From positions 6,897 through 70,896 of the forward strand of contig JBLIRR010000028.1 of assembly GCA_049472395.1 (NCBI GenBank): a DNA stretch of 64,000 nucleotides, written 5' to 3'. Below are positions 48,989 to 58,707 of the stretch, one piece after another. The notes beneath the pieces were generated by a model, which ran no database searches, was not told the DNA's origin, and saw only the letters and a program-made list of their open reading frames with translations. Numbering within the stretch: position 1 is the stretch's first letter; every line of letters starts with the position of its first letter. Made by a program: the position numbers and the translations under genes. This DNA comes from a bacterium. Its GTDB lineage: Bacteria > SZUA-182 > DTGQ01 > JBLIRR01.

Positions 48989-51000
48989 ATGCGAAGGTAT
49001 AAATCAATAAACTTCCTAGGTACGAATATTGAAATACTTCTTATATTGTCTATAGTAGTAGTTTTAACTTACTCTATTCCTTATGTCATTTCAGCGGAGT
49101 TACATGTTCTTCCTGGTGAGAGCATTCAAGCGGCGATAAATGAAGCATCTAATGGTGACACTATATTGGTTGCTGAGGGAACATACACCGGTAAAGGTAA
49201 CAGGGATATAGACTTTGGAGGCAAGGCAATAATTCTTCGATCTATTAGTGGGCCAGAACATACAATAATTGACTGTCAAGGCACAAGTTCAAAAAAACGC
49301 AGAGGTTTTTATTTTCATATGGCGAAACAATAGCTACCGTAATTGATGGATTTACTATAAAGAAATGGATATGGACCTGTTGAAGCATTCTCTAGCAGTG
49401 AATATAGTGTTGGCGGGGGGATATATTGCACCGATGGTTCATCGCCATTAATAACTAATAATATTATTATTGAAAATACTGCACAATATGGTGGAGGTAT
49501 CCAGTGTTGGGACCATGCATCTCCTACTATAACTAATAATATTATTAAAATAATAGTAGATTACATAAAGGAGCGGGTATTTATTGCTATAATTACTTTA
49601 CAGCAATAATAAAAAATAATAACTGTGATGGAGAAATTGATGAAGGTTGTGCTGAGTGTTATTTCCGGAATCCTGAAGGATTTGAGTTGCAGCAATGTCA
49701 TGCCCCTGTAATAGAGAATGTTAATGAGATAAGCGTGGGAGAGGGAAAATAATCGGGGCATGCGAGACTTCGGGTGATGCCGGTAGGTGAATGTTAAGGG
49801 TCCATATGCATATGTTACGATTCATGAAGTAGGTCTTCAGGTGATAGACATAAATGATCCCTCTAAACCCGTCATAGTTGGTTCATGTAATACGCTTACT
49901 CAGGCATTGGATATCTCTGTAACCGGCCCATACGCCTATGTTACAGATGGTGATAATGGTCTTCAAATTATTCACCTGTTCTATCCATGTACAAATATTT
50001 CAGTCTCAGATCCAAAGAAGATCATGGCAACGGTTCCAAGCGATCTGCCAGTAGGAAATTATGATACAGTAGTGACTAATCTTGATGGGCAAAGTGGCTC
50101 CTTATCTAATGTTTTTAGGATAAAAGAATATCAGGCCCCTGTACTCAATAAGGTCAATGATATGAGCATTGTATTGGGGGAATATATTACTTTTACTGTA
50201 GCTACAGGAGATACATTTGCGCTTATTCCACAGGTTATAGCTCAAGACCATGGTGATACGCTTTCTTTTACCTATTCAGGATAAATGAGTACAAATAAAA
50301 AAACTATAAATCATGGTGATATAGGCACTCATTCTGTAACTATTACCGTTATTGACAGCCATGGTCTTAGTGACTCCGTTACAATATTTGTTGAGGTAAT
50401 AAGATCACCTTTCATTGCTTCTATAGATCCAGTTGAAGGCTATATTAATGAAGAAACAACAATTGCACTTTCTGGTAATTCTTTTGATGATGGTGCCAAA
50501 GTAAGAGTGGTGGGTAAGCCGGAATTAGTGAGCTTTATTGAAAATGGTGTAAGTGTATTTGATGTTTTTGTGGACGGAGATTATGCCTATTTAAAAACTA
50601 TGTCGGGATTTGAGATTGTTAAAATTGCCCATAGAGGCGGGGCAGTTTAAGTCATGGCTTCACTGTACTCCCTCCGCCTGGACCTTCAAAAATTCATGTT
50701 AATCAAACAGGAAGTATTCAGGGAGCAATTAATAAGGCTAATTCTGGTGATATAATTATCGTTCAGGAGGGAATTTATTACGAGAATATTAATTTCTTGG
50801 GCAAAGCTATTATAGTAAAGAGCATAGATCCTAATGATATTAATGTAGTAACGAGGACAGTTATTGATGGAGGCCAGGGTGATCGAGTCGTTATGTTTCA
50901 TCATGACGAAGGAAGTAACGCTGTTCTGAGTGGATTTACAGTGCAGAATGGTATAGGAGGGATTTCTTGTTCATTCTCGTCTCCAACTATTACCAATTAA
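48989..51000 (+). pseudogene. shattered gene(s) for a large beta-helix / LVIVD / Ig-like surface protein
   Basis: Homologous pieces lie in all three plus frames. Piece 1: signal peptide + IQAAINEASNGDTILVAEGTY (48989..49333). Piece 2: GGGIYCTDGSSPLITNNIIIENTAQYGGGIQC (about 49400-49550). Piece 3: NCDGEIDEGC. Piece 4: LVIVD-like GPYAYVTDGDNGLQII and IPT (49787..50284). Piece 5: an in-frame TAA at 50282-50284 before an Ig-like segment (50285..50650). Piece 6: a second IQGAINKANSGDIIIVQEGIY beta-helix start (about 50690..51000). Confidence 0.7.
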
Positions 51001-51012
51001 TGAGGGAATGAT

Positions 51013-51195
51013 ATGGCTATTGATAAAGAATTAATTAATATTTTAGCATGCCCCAAATGTAAGGGAGACCTTGAATTAAAACAAGATGAATCCGGGTTTA
51101 TCTGTCACGCATGTAAACTGCTCTATCCCATCAAGGATGATATTCCTATTATGCTTATTGATGAAGCAATTAAACTGAATGAATGCGATTCTTAG
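51013..51195 (+). CDS. Trm112/YcaR-family small zinc-ribbon protein
   Basis: 60 aa. [14 protein letters not shown]...[24 protein letters not shown]. Confidence 0.85.
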   Translation: MAIDKELINILACPKCKGDLELKQDESGFICHACKLLYPIKDDIPIMLIDEAIKLNECDS

Positions 51196-51485
51196 CTCAG
51201 AGTCCCTGATTCACTTATAGATTTTTATAACTTGAACATCGAGATATAATAACTTAAAATCTCGGTATCTCAATAGTCCACAAAGCGAATGCTTAAATCT
51301 ATAAATCAATCAGATTGCCCCGTAACTTTCAGTATATGATCCACCGTCAATTTATTACTCTTTGTTTTCTTTCTTCATGAAAGTCTCTGCCTTATATTTT
51401 CCCCTGATTGGTAGAGGAAATAGAAAGGTCCATTATAAGAAAGGATTAATATGTTTGTAGGGGAAGATGAAGGAGCATTAAAGAA

Positions 51486-52265
51486 ATGGATAAAATGGCT
51501 TATTTAAACCAAATTTTCAATCTTGCTCTCCAGAAGAAAGAGATTGTCATCCCTCTTTTCGTCGGTCTTATTATTTATTTGATACTCCCCAGAACAGGGA
51601 AAAAGTGGGTTCAAAATTATCTTATTCCGATTTCTTTTTTTTCCTTTATATTTCTTCGCACTCTTTTTTTAACGATTATGAGCCTTAAGGGGGGAGTTCA
51701 CTTATCTTACGTCGGTATTATCGTTTTAATTAATAAATCGCTCCTTATTATATTCATGGGTATTACTATTTTTAGTTATATTATTCGTCTCTCTCCTGAT
51801 CATTCAGCAAAAGGAATATGGGAAAAATATTATCCAACGTTTGTTTTCGCCTTGCATATTATGGGCGCCCATTTCATCAGCGTCTACACAAAGATAAATG
51901 TTGTGCCGATTTTCTTCGTGATCGGACTCACCTTATGTTTTTTTGGGCTTATTCTGGATATTACCTCTCTTTGGCATTTGAGGAAATCATTCAGTATTAC
52001 AGTTGAAGTAAGAAAATTGGTGAATAAAGGACCTTATAAATATGTTCGTCATCCGCTTTATACGGGTGAAGTGATTTATTGGTTGGGATTAACGCTACTT
52101 TTTAATAACCGAATTATATATGTCTTCTTTATTGTTATCCTTATTACGCAAATATCGCGAGCACTTTTAGAGGAACATAAATTATTTAAACATGTAGATG
52201 AATATTGCACTTATAAACAAGCGACCGGTTTTATTCTTCCCAAGGTCAATTTTTTTCGGTTCTAA
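51486..52265 (+). CDS. isoprenylcysteine carboxyl methyltransferase (ICMT)/phospholipid methyltransferase-family membrane protein
   Basis: 259 aa with multiple TM segments. C-terminal GPYKYVRHPLYTGEVIYWLG motif. Confidence 0.8.
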   Translation: MDKMAYLNQIFNLALQKKEIVIPLFVGLIIYLILPRTGKKWVQNYLIPISFFSFIFLRTLFLTIMSLKGGVHLSYVGIIVLINKSLLIIFMGITIFSYIIRLSPDHSAKGIWEKYYPTFVFALHIMGAHFISVYTKINVVPIFFVIGLTLCFFGLILDITSLWHLRKSFSITVEVRKLVNKGPYKYVRHPLYTGEVIYWLGLTLLFNNRIIYVFFIVILITQISRALLEEHKLFKHVDEYCTYKQATGFILPKVNFFRF

Positions 52266-52545
52266 TTCTAATTTATTGTATCGTAACCATTCACAGATTA
52301 AGCAGATTCCCATATTTTTTTTGTAAAGACGCATCTTTGCTTCATAAAATTAAATTGTAGTGATGAAGTGATTACAAGAATTGAGCAGATAAATGTAAGG
52401 TGTTGAAACAGCCGTCATAATAAACCGGGCATTAGGAAAGGTGAAGGATTACCCTGAAAGTAAGCCCTGAGCGATTCTAATATAAAATTAAAAAATATGG
52501 TAAAATAGAAATACAATAAAAAATAATATATCTACTTAGAAAATA

Positions 52546-55500
52546 ATGTTTCGGGAAAGGGAATTTTATATGAAAGAGCCTCAATCTCATCAGCCATTAT
52601 TCATCTTTAAAATTTCAGGAGGGGTGGTTCTCATTTCTTTCTTTTTGTCAGGGGCTGTGGGTCTTATTTATGAAATACTCTGGTCACGGCTCTTGCGTCT
52701 TGTAATGGGCAATACTGTTTTTTCAATTACCACCGTATTATGTGCTTTTATGGGGGGATTAGCATTAGGCAGTTATTTAGGCGGCAAGCTCATCGATCGC
52801 CGAGATGATCCTTTGCGAATATATGCTTTGCTGCAAGGCGCCATAGGCATATATTCACTTTTTCTGCCAGGGATCATCAAATCAATTGACGTAGTGTACA
52901 TCTTTATCTATCAGAATTATCATACTTCCTTTTATTTATTCAGTTTGTTAAGATTTTTTATTTGTTGCATGGTGTTGTTGGTTCCCACTACGTTAATGGG
53001 AGCAACACTTCCGATCTTAACCAAATATTTTGTCAGGGGTCCTGATCGAATCGGATGGACAATAGGAAAACTATACTCAGTAAATACATTCGGGGCTGTG
53101 ATTGGCTCTTTTATTGCCGGATTTGTCCTGATTCCGATTGTGGGAGTGCACACTACACTCTACATTGCTGTTATGATTAATGTTTTCATCTGGGTCCTGA
53201 TATATTCTCTTCACTATATAATGCGTCAAGAGCATGAAGAGATGGGCTGGGACAACGTCGGAATTGAATCCAGAGGGGAGCGGTTACCAAAGATAGTCCT
53301 GTCGGAAAGAATGGGGAATATTTTCCTCCTCGGCTATGGTCTATCCGGATGTGCGGCATTGGTCTATGAGATTGCATGGACTAGAATACTGACTCTCATT
53401 ATCGGCTCTTCCGTCTATTCCTTTAGCCTAATGTTGACGGCCTTTATCCTCGGATTAGCATTAGGCAGTATTCTCTTTGCACGATTTATTGACCAAAGGC
53501 AGGATTTGGTTCTTTTCCTGGGGATCATAGAGATAATGATCGGATTTTCAGCATTTCTTATCGTACCTTTTTTCGGACGGCTCCCTGTTCTTATCGTAGA
53601 TATGATCGCGCAATTTTCCCATTCCTTTTGGCTCCTTCAGAGTGCAGAGTTTGCCCTGATATTTCTTTTAATGCTCGTGCCAACTACGCTAATGGGAGCG
53701 GCTTTTCCTTTGGCGACCCGGATATACACAAGATCTGTTGACATGATTGGAAGCTGTGTGGGAAGCATTTATGCCATCAATACGTTCGGCTCGATTATCG
53801 GCTCTTTCGGCGGTGCTTTTATCCTTATCCCTTTGATGGGAATCCGGAACACTATTCTGGTGGCAGCATTCATCAATATCATTATCGGGTGCGCCTTTTT
53901 AGGTATGAGCCACATGATGAGCCGCCTGAAAAAGGGAATGATCGCGGCACTCGTCCTTATCGCTATTTCCGGCTGTGCTCTTTCATTCCCACGCTGGGAT
54001 GTGGACCTTATCAGCAGTGGCCCCTTTTTGAGCCCAAGACTCGGGCAGAGAACAAAGATATCGGGATCGAGCTTTGAGAATGTAAGAAAGAACATAAAGA
54101 TTCTGTATCACAAAGAAGGGATCAGCACTACTATTACAGTTAAAGAAAGCCCAGACGGGCATCGATTTCTTTTGATCAATGGTAAGGGTGATGCGTCTTC
54201 CTCTGAGGATATGCCCACCCAAGAGCTATTAGCCCATATACCGATGCTTCTGCACCCCCATCCGCAAAAGGTATGCGTAATTGGGTTGGCAAGCGGAGTT
54301 ACCTTAGGATCATCTGCTCTTTATTCGACAGAACGTCTTGATTGTGTGGAGATATCCCCAGAAGCGGTGGAAGCCTCACACTATTTTGACCACATTAACT
54401 ATAAGGTTTTAGAAGACTCCCGGGTGGAATTAATCATCGAGGATGGAAGAAACCATTTGGCCCTGACCGACCGAGACTATGACGTCATCATATCGGAACC
54501 TTCAAATCCATGGATGGCAGGAATCGCTGATCTTTTTACTCAAGAGTATTTTCAGTTGTGCAGGCAAAAACTCACGCCCCATGGTGTGGCCTGTATATGG
54601 CTCAATGCATATAGTATTGAGGATAAAACCTTCCGCAGTATAATTCATACCTTTCGAACTGTATTTCCCTCCTGTATGGTTTGGGAGCCATGGTTGGGAG
54701 TTGATTATTTGCTTATCGGATCAAAAGAAAAAATCACGTTGGAGTATGGGCATCTTTGCGCAAAACTTTGGGATGAAAGGATACGTGCTGATCTTTCAAG
54801 AATCAATATAACCGATGCGATTGATTTTCTCGGTCACTTTATTATGGATGAAGAGGGGATTAGAGCCTATATGGAGGGTCATGATTTTCAAATTCATACC
54901 GATGATAATGCCTTTGTCGAATTTTCAACACCAAAAGCCCTTTATGGCGTAAATACAAAAATAGAATTGATAGAAGCTTTAAATAGACACAGGGATAAGA
55001 ACCCCTCTTTTTTATTATATTCCGGGGTGGATGATAAAAATAGAAACATGATAAAAAGCCGTATTGAGCGTTTAATACATACAAAACAACATATCATCAA
55101 TGGGAAAATTTTTCTCGCACGAGGTAGTGAGAATGAGGCAATTGATGCATTTGAGAAAGCATTGAGCCCGGACCCTGCTGAGTTATCCACAGTGGAAAAG
55201 TATGGAGAGTTTTTAACTACTATCTATCTCCGTCACGGTGAGTATGGCAAGGCAATGAGGGTATTAGAAAAGCAGATGGCTATTATACCGGATAATACCA
55301 GGGCCATGACCAAAATGGGAAAACTTTACATTCGCATGAATGCGCTTCAAAAGGCGGAACAGCTTTTTCAACAAGTTCTGACAATTGACCCTAAGTGCGC
55401 TGAGGCCTACCTGCATGCAGGCTATCTTCACTTGCTTAAAAGGGATCCTCAGCAGGCATTGTCCCTGTTTATTACCTTAGTGCGCCTTCAGCCGGAAAAT

Positions 55501-55986
55501 GCCCAGGCATATCTATATTTGGGGAAAACCTATCAGGCTTTAGGCCAGATAGAAGAAGCGCTCGGAGCCTGGCAGACCTCAATTGACCTTGAACCCACAT
55601 TAAAAGTTGCTCACCTTGATTTAGGGAATACTTATTTTGAAATGGGAGATTTGGAAAAGGCCCAACAAGAGTGGCAGCAGGGTTTAGAGGATGGACGAGC
55701 AGGTATTCTAACCCATTTGGTGAACTTGGGCACACTCTATTTTCAATCCGGGAATTATGAGAGGGCAATGAATGCATGGCGTATGGCAGGGGATCTGAAG
55801 ATGGATGATCCTCAGATTCATTACAATATTGCTTTAGCGTATTATCAACAAGGAAGCTTTCAATCAGCCCTCCGTGAGTTGAAGGAAAGTATACGCGTTA
55901 AACCCGATCATAAACCAGCCCGCATACTCATGGAGAGAATCGAAACAGAGAGGAGAGAGAATGAGTATCCAAGTATTTCAGATTAG
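52546..55986 (+). CDS. fused MFS-like membrane domain / spermidine-synthase-like domain / TPR repeats
   Basis: 1146 aa with about 14 TM segments. Spermidine-synthase fold motifs (VIGLASGVT, YDVIISEPSNPWMAG). C-terminal TPR repeats. The last codons overlap an IS1380-like fragment. Confidence 0.85.
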   Translation: MFREREFYMKEPQSHQPLFIFKISGGVVLISFFLSGAVGLIYEILWSRLLRLVMGNTVFSITTVLCAFMGGLALGSYLGGKLIDRRDDPLRIYALLQGAIGIYSLFLPGIIKSIDVVYIFIYQNYHTSFYLFSLLRFFICCMVLLVPTTLMGATLPILTKYFVRGPDRIGWTIGKLYSVNTFGAVIGSFIAGFVLIPIVGVHTTLYIAVMINVFIWVLIYSLHYIMRQEHEEMGWDNVGIESRGERLPKIVLSERMGNIFLLGYGLSGCAALVYEIAWTRILTLIIGSSVYSFSLMLTAFILGLALGSILFARFIDQRQDLVLFLGIIEIMIGFSAFLIVPFFGRLPVLIVDMIAQFSHSFWLLQSAEFALIFLLMLVPTTLMGAAFPLATRIYTRSVDMIGSCVGSIYAINTFGSIIGSFGGAFILIPLMGIRNTILVAAFINIIIGCAFLGMSHMMSRLKKGMIAALVLIAISGCALSFPRWDVDLISSGPFLSPRLGQRTKISGSSFENVRKNIKILYHKEGISTTITVKESPDGHRFLLINGKGDASSSEDMPTQELLAHIPMLLHPHPQKVCVIGLASGVTLGSSALYSTERLDCVEISPEAVEASHYFDHINYKVLEDSRVELIIEDGRNHLALTDRDYDVIISEPSNPWMAGIADLFTQEYFQLCRQKLTPHGVACIWLNAYSIEDKTFRSIIHTFRTVFPSCMVWEPWLGVDYLLIGSKEKITLEYGHLCAKLWDERIRADLSRINITDAIDFLGHFIMDEEGIRAYMEGHDFQIHTDDNAFVEFSTPKALYGVNTKIELIEALNRHRDKNPSFLLYSGVDDKNRNMIKSRIERLIHTKQHIINGKIFLARGSENEAIDAFEKALSPDPAELSTVEKYGEFLTTIYLRHGEYGKAMRVLEKQMAIIPDNTRAMTKMGKLYIRMNALQKAEQLFQQVLTIDPKCAEAYLHAGYLHLLKRDPQQALSLFITLVRLQPENAQAYLYLGKTYQALGQIEEALGAWQTSIDLEPTLKVAHLDLGNTYFEMGDLEKAQQEWQQGLEDGRAGILTHLVNLGTLYFQSGNYERAMNAWRMAGDLKMDDPQIHYNIALAYYQQGSFQSALRELKESIRVKPDHKPARILMERIETERRENEYPSISD

Positions 55987-56350
55987 GCAAGGAGATGAGC
56001 ATTTATCGAGTCATTCAGGGCTTGAATTAGTAGGGGCACTACTGTCCAGGACATCAATAAATAAGAGAGTGAGCAAAATAGGAATAGTGGATAAGCCTTT
56101 AATTAGTAATGGGGATGTAGTTCGGGCCATGATAGGTTTGTGTTGTTTAGGGAAGCCAGATTTTGATTCGATAGAGCCAATGAGGGGGGAACCATTCTTT
56201 GCACAGGCGTTAGGGTTAGACCAATGTCTTTCAAGTCCCACACTTCGGCAGCGACTTGACTTAGTAGATAGACGGTTTGATAGTATCTTGAAGGAGGAGT
56301 CAGCCTTTTTGATCAGAAAAGTAGCACCGGAGCTAACACCGATAAGCACA
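55961..56350 (+). pseudogene. IS1380-family transposase, N-terminal fragment
   Basis: SSHSGLELVGALLSRT...VVRAMIGLCCLGKPDFDSIEPMRGEPFFAQALGL..CLSSPTLRQRLD resembles IS1380-type N-termini. Homology stops near 56350, where minus-strand coding begins. Confidence 0.5.
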
Positions 56351-56367
56351 CAAAAGGTCTGTAATTG

Positions 56368-56718
56368 TTATTCATCAATAATCTTAAAGTCTTCTCCACC
56401 GTATTCGATATTCACCAGAACCGATTTATTTTCTTCCATATAGGCTCTTATATTCATACTGGTATCAAAATGTTTCTCATGCTTTGTCTTAATCAAATCC
56501 TTATTTACTCCTGTCCTTTTGGACAGCATCTCCTTAACGATGATGCATTCCGCGCAGTTCGTATTATGGGTAATTTTATCATAGATTGCCGTTCCCGCGG
56601 CTATCAGTATCACGGCTCCGGCTGCATAGACGAGCACGCTCCATCCAAAGAAATAGATCAATACGCATATTATTACTAGCAGTATTGAAATATAAGGCGG
56701 TGAAAATCCTCTATCCAT
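56368..56718 (-). CDS. hypothetical membrane protein (2 TM + soluble tail)
   Basis: 116 aa with two N-terminal hydrophobic helices. Its start overlaps the upstream gene by 8 nt. Confidence 0.45.
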   Translation of the reverse strand: MDRGFSPPYISILLVIICVLIYFFGWSVLVYAAGAVILIAAGTAIYDKITHNTNCAECIIVKEMLSKRTGVNKDLIKTKHEKHFDTSMNIRAYMEENKSVLVNIEYGGEDFKIIDE

Positions 56719-57202
56719 TTCTCCCCCCGCCCATCCGTTTGCCGGAAAGTTCCTGTTCTTTTGACTGCGCTCTTTGGTTTATTTTTAAATGCAGATTAGA
56801 CTGTTTTAAATATCTCCATTTCTTAATTAACTTCACAGCAACCGTAATGAGAGCGAACACAATGACCTCGATCAATATCAGCACAGCTGTCAGAAACCGT
56901 CTATGCACAGCATCCGCCAGCCAGCCAGATATAATGGCGTACAGCGAGATTCCGATCCAGCCGATACTGTTAAGGACAACCGTTATTCCCATGAGCCCCT
57001 GCAGCAGACCAGGGAATAGCGACGGGCCGATATATGCCCAGCCGGCTAATACAATGCCTGAGGCAGGGATAGCTATCCACGGGCTTGTTTTATAATATGC
57101 AAACGACGGAACTGTGATGCACAAAACAAACAGAAAGATTGTTCCCATGCAGCCTATAATATCTTTTTTGGGAATAGCGTTAGATTTATTCTGTTTTGTC
57201 AT
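56711..57202 (-). CDS. hypothetical membrane protein (about 4 TM)
   Basis: 163 aa with four hydrophobic segments and a basic C-terminal tail. Confidence 0.45.
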   Translation of the reverse strand: MTKQNKSNAIPKKDIIGCMGTIFLFVLCITVPSFAYYKTSPWIAIPASGIVLAGWAYIGPSLFPGLLQGLMGITVVLNSIGWIGISLYAIISGWLADAVHRRFLTAVLILIEVIVFALITVAVKLIKKWRYLKQSNLHLKINQRAQSKEQELSGKRMGGGRNG

Positions 57203-57292
57203 TTTTCATTCCAAAGTGCCTGTCTCCGGCAGCCTTTATTTGTTTAAGTCATCAAGAATCCATTCATACATTTGTTTTCGATTTCGGTAAAT

Positions 57293-57355
57293 AACTGATA
57301 AGGAATCGCTTTTCTGACCCCGAAAGGCTCAGAAAAGCGATTCCTTATCAGTTTA
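57293..57355. repeat. long REP-like palindrome (head-to-head copies of the CAGAAAAGCGATT element)
   Basis: Perfect 18-bp arms AAGGAATCGCTTTTCTGA (57301-57318) and TCAGAAAAGCGATTCCTT (57330-57347) with the 11-nt loop CCCCGAAAGGC. Pairing extends 7 more bp with a 1-nt bulge. The arm is related to 7810-7838 and 16042-16070. Confidence 0.85.
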
Positions 57356-57507
57356 TCAGTTATTATAGACCCTTCATTTTTTCAATTTAGCTCACTACGG
57401 AGACACTGAGACACAAAGAAGAATCAAAACAAAGACATTCTTCATATTATTTAATAAAATTTAATCGTAACTATTTTTTCTCTATGTCGTCTTTTCTTGG
57501 CGATAAA

Positions 57508-57668
57508 GAAATTCTTTTTTAAAGCTGCCGTTTTTTTATTATTAATTATATTATTTTTATTACGTCTGCCATAAAAATCTTTAGGATTTAGAAATTCTTT
57601 TTAGATTAAAGCTGCCGTTTTTTTATTATTAATTATATTATTTTTATTACATCTGCCATAAAAATATA
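57508..57668. repeat. two tandem copies of an ~87-bp AT-rich unit
   Basis: The 58-nt cores at 57521-57578 and 57608-57665 (AAAGCTGCCGTTTTTTTATTATTAATTATATTATTTTTATTAC[G/A]TCTGCCATAAAAAT) differ at one base. Both are preceded by GAAATTCTTTTT. Confidence 0.85.
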
Positions 57669-57800
57669 TGATTACTCTTGATAAACAATATTAAAATGGG
57701 CAGACAATAATGATAATAACCATTTACATATAAGGAGGTGGGTCTAATAAAAAGAAAAAAATCCATGTTTTATTTTAGAGTTTAATTTTAAGGAGTAATT

Positions 57801-58217
57801 ATGAAAAAGTTACATATGGTTCAAAATATTCTAATGTTTTTAACAATAATAGCTTTACTATCTACATTCTGCGCCCCATTAGCTAATGCGCAGGCATATT
57901 ATTATTATCCACCTGTAGCAATGTATTATTATCCGGTATATGTTCCTTATTATTATCCACCTGTTCCTACCCGCTCTGCTAATGCTCTTTTAAACACATT
58001 GCTCTTGACATCGCTTCTTACCACATCAACCTCAACTTCAATATCATCGTCAACCTCAACCCTTCTTCCTACAACTTCTCTTCTTACTACTTCTCTCCTG
58101 CCAACGGTAAGCACTCCGACTCTCATACCTACAACAGCAGCCACTGCAACAGCCCTTTTATTAGCCGGGGGTAGTACAAGCAATTTAATTACCCTGTCTC
58201 TCCTCGGTTTAATATAA
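57801..58217 (+). CDS. secreted low-complexity protein (Tyr/Pro-rich block, then Ser/Thr/Leu-rich block)
   Basis: 138 aa. SD AAGGAG 7 nt upstream. Signal peptide ...FCAPLANA/QA, then YYYYPPVAMYYYPVYVPYYYPPVP, then a long L/T/S-rich tract ending in a hydrophobic tail. Confidence 0.5.
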   Translation: MKKLHMVQNILMFLTIIALLSTFCAPLANAQAYYYYPPVAMYYYPVYVPYYYPPVPTRSANALLNTLLLTSLLTTSTSTSISSSTSTLLPTTSLLTTSLLPTVSTPTLIPTTAATATALLLAGGSTSNLITLSLLGLI

Positions 58218-58232
58218 TGTAATGATTTATCG

Positions 58233-58261
58233 AAACTCCGCCTCACATTGAGGTGGAGTTT
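58233..58261. terminator. bidirectional hairpin between convergent genes
   Basis: AAACTCCGCCTC-ACATT-GAGGTGGAGTTT: a 12-bp stem with one G-T pair. It lies between the stop of 57801..58217 and the stop of 58261..58707. Confidence 0.5.
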
Positions 58262-58707
58262 CACAACTTTTCTATATTTTTAGAAAACAAAAGCTTTTCG
58301 CTTGCCTTCCGATATTCTACTAATATCTTTTTCTTTAACTCATGCGTAAGATCAGCATGATCAAGCTCAGGTAATTTCAGGGCCAATATCTTAAAGAAAA
58401 GATTTTGGATAGCAAATAAATTAAACTCATATTTTAATAGAGATGATATCTCCAAAAGACTATTCATGGCTTGAATAATAGTAATCTGGAATGGGTAATG
58501 AAGCAGTCTCTTAATAAAATATAGTATTCCATCCTCTATTATTTTTTCTATTTCGGGACTCTGTATAGTAATCCCCCATTTTGTTGCCCGATTAATAATA
58601 TTAAAGATGTCCTTGAATTTTCCTTTTAATTCAATAAAATCTTTAATTGCTGTTTTTAATTCCTCCGCAAGAAAGCCCTCAGAAGCAACCAAAAAGTCTT
58701 TGGGCAT
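58261..58707 (-). CDS. hypothetical helical protein, possibly the 3' part of a decayed longer gene
   Basis: 148 aa. The same frame stays open upstream across an in-frame TAG (58786-58788) up to the TGA at 58912-58914, with no ATG in that segment. Confidence 0.4.
   Translation of the reverse strand: MPKDFLVASEGFLAEELKTAIKDFIELKGKFKDIFNIINRATKWGITIQSPEIEKIIEDGILYFIKRLLHYPFQITIIQAMNSLLEISSLLKYEFNLFAIQNLFFKILALKLPELDHADLTHELKKKILVEYRKASEKLLFSKNIEKL

Noticed and set aside
57508-57668. CRISPR-like array
   Set aside because: There are only two directly adjacent copies of an AT-rich 87-bp unit, with no spacers and no cas genes. No other regularly spaced repeat array occurs in the window.
57953-58264. 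Antisense 103-aa ORF (Val/Arg/Glu-rich) opposite the low-complexity gene
   Set aside because: It is a mirror image of the pyrimidine-rich tract and has no SD. It overlaps the terminator hairpin and the stop of the convergent gene.
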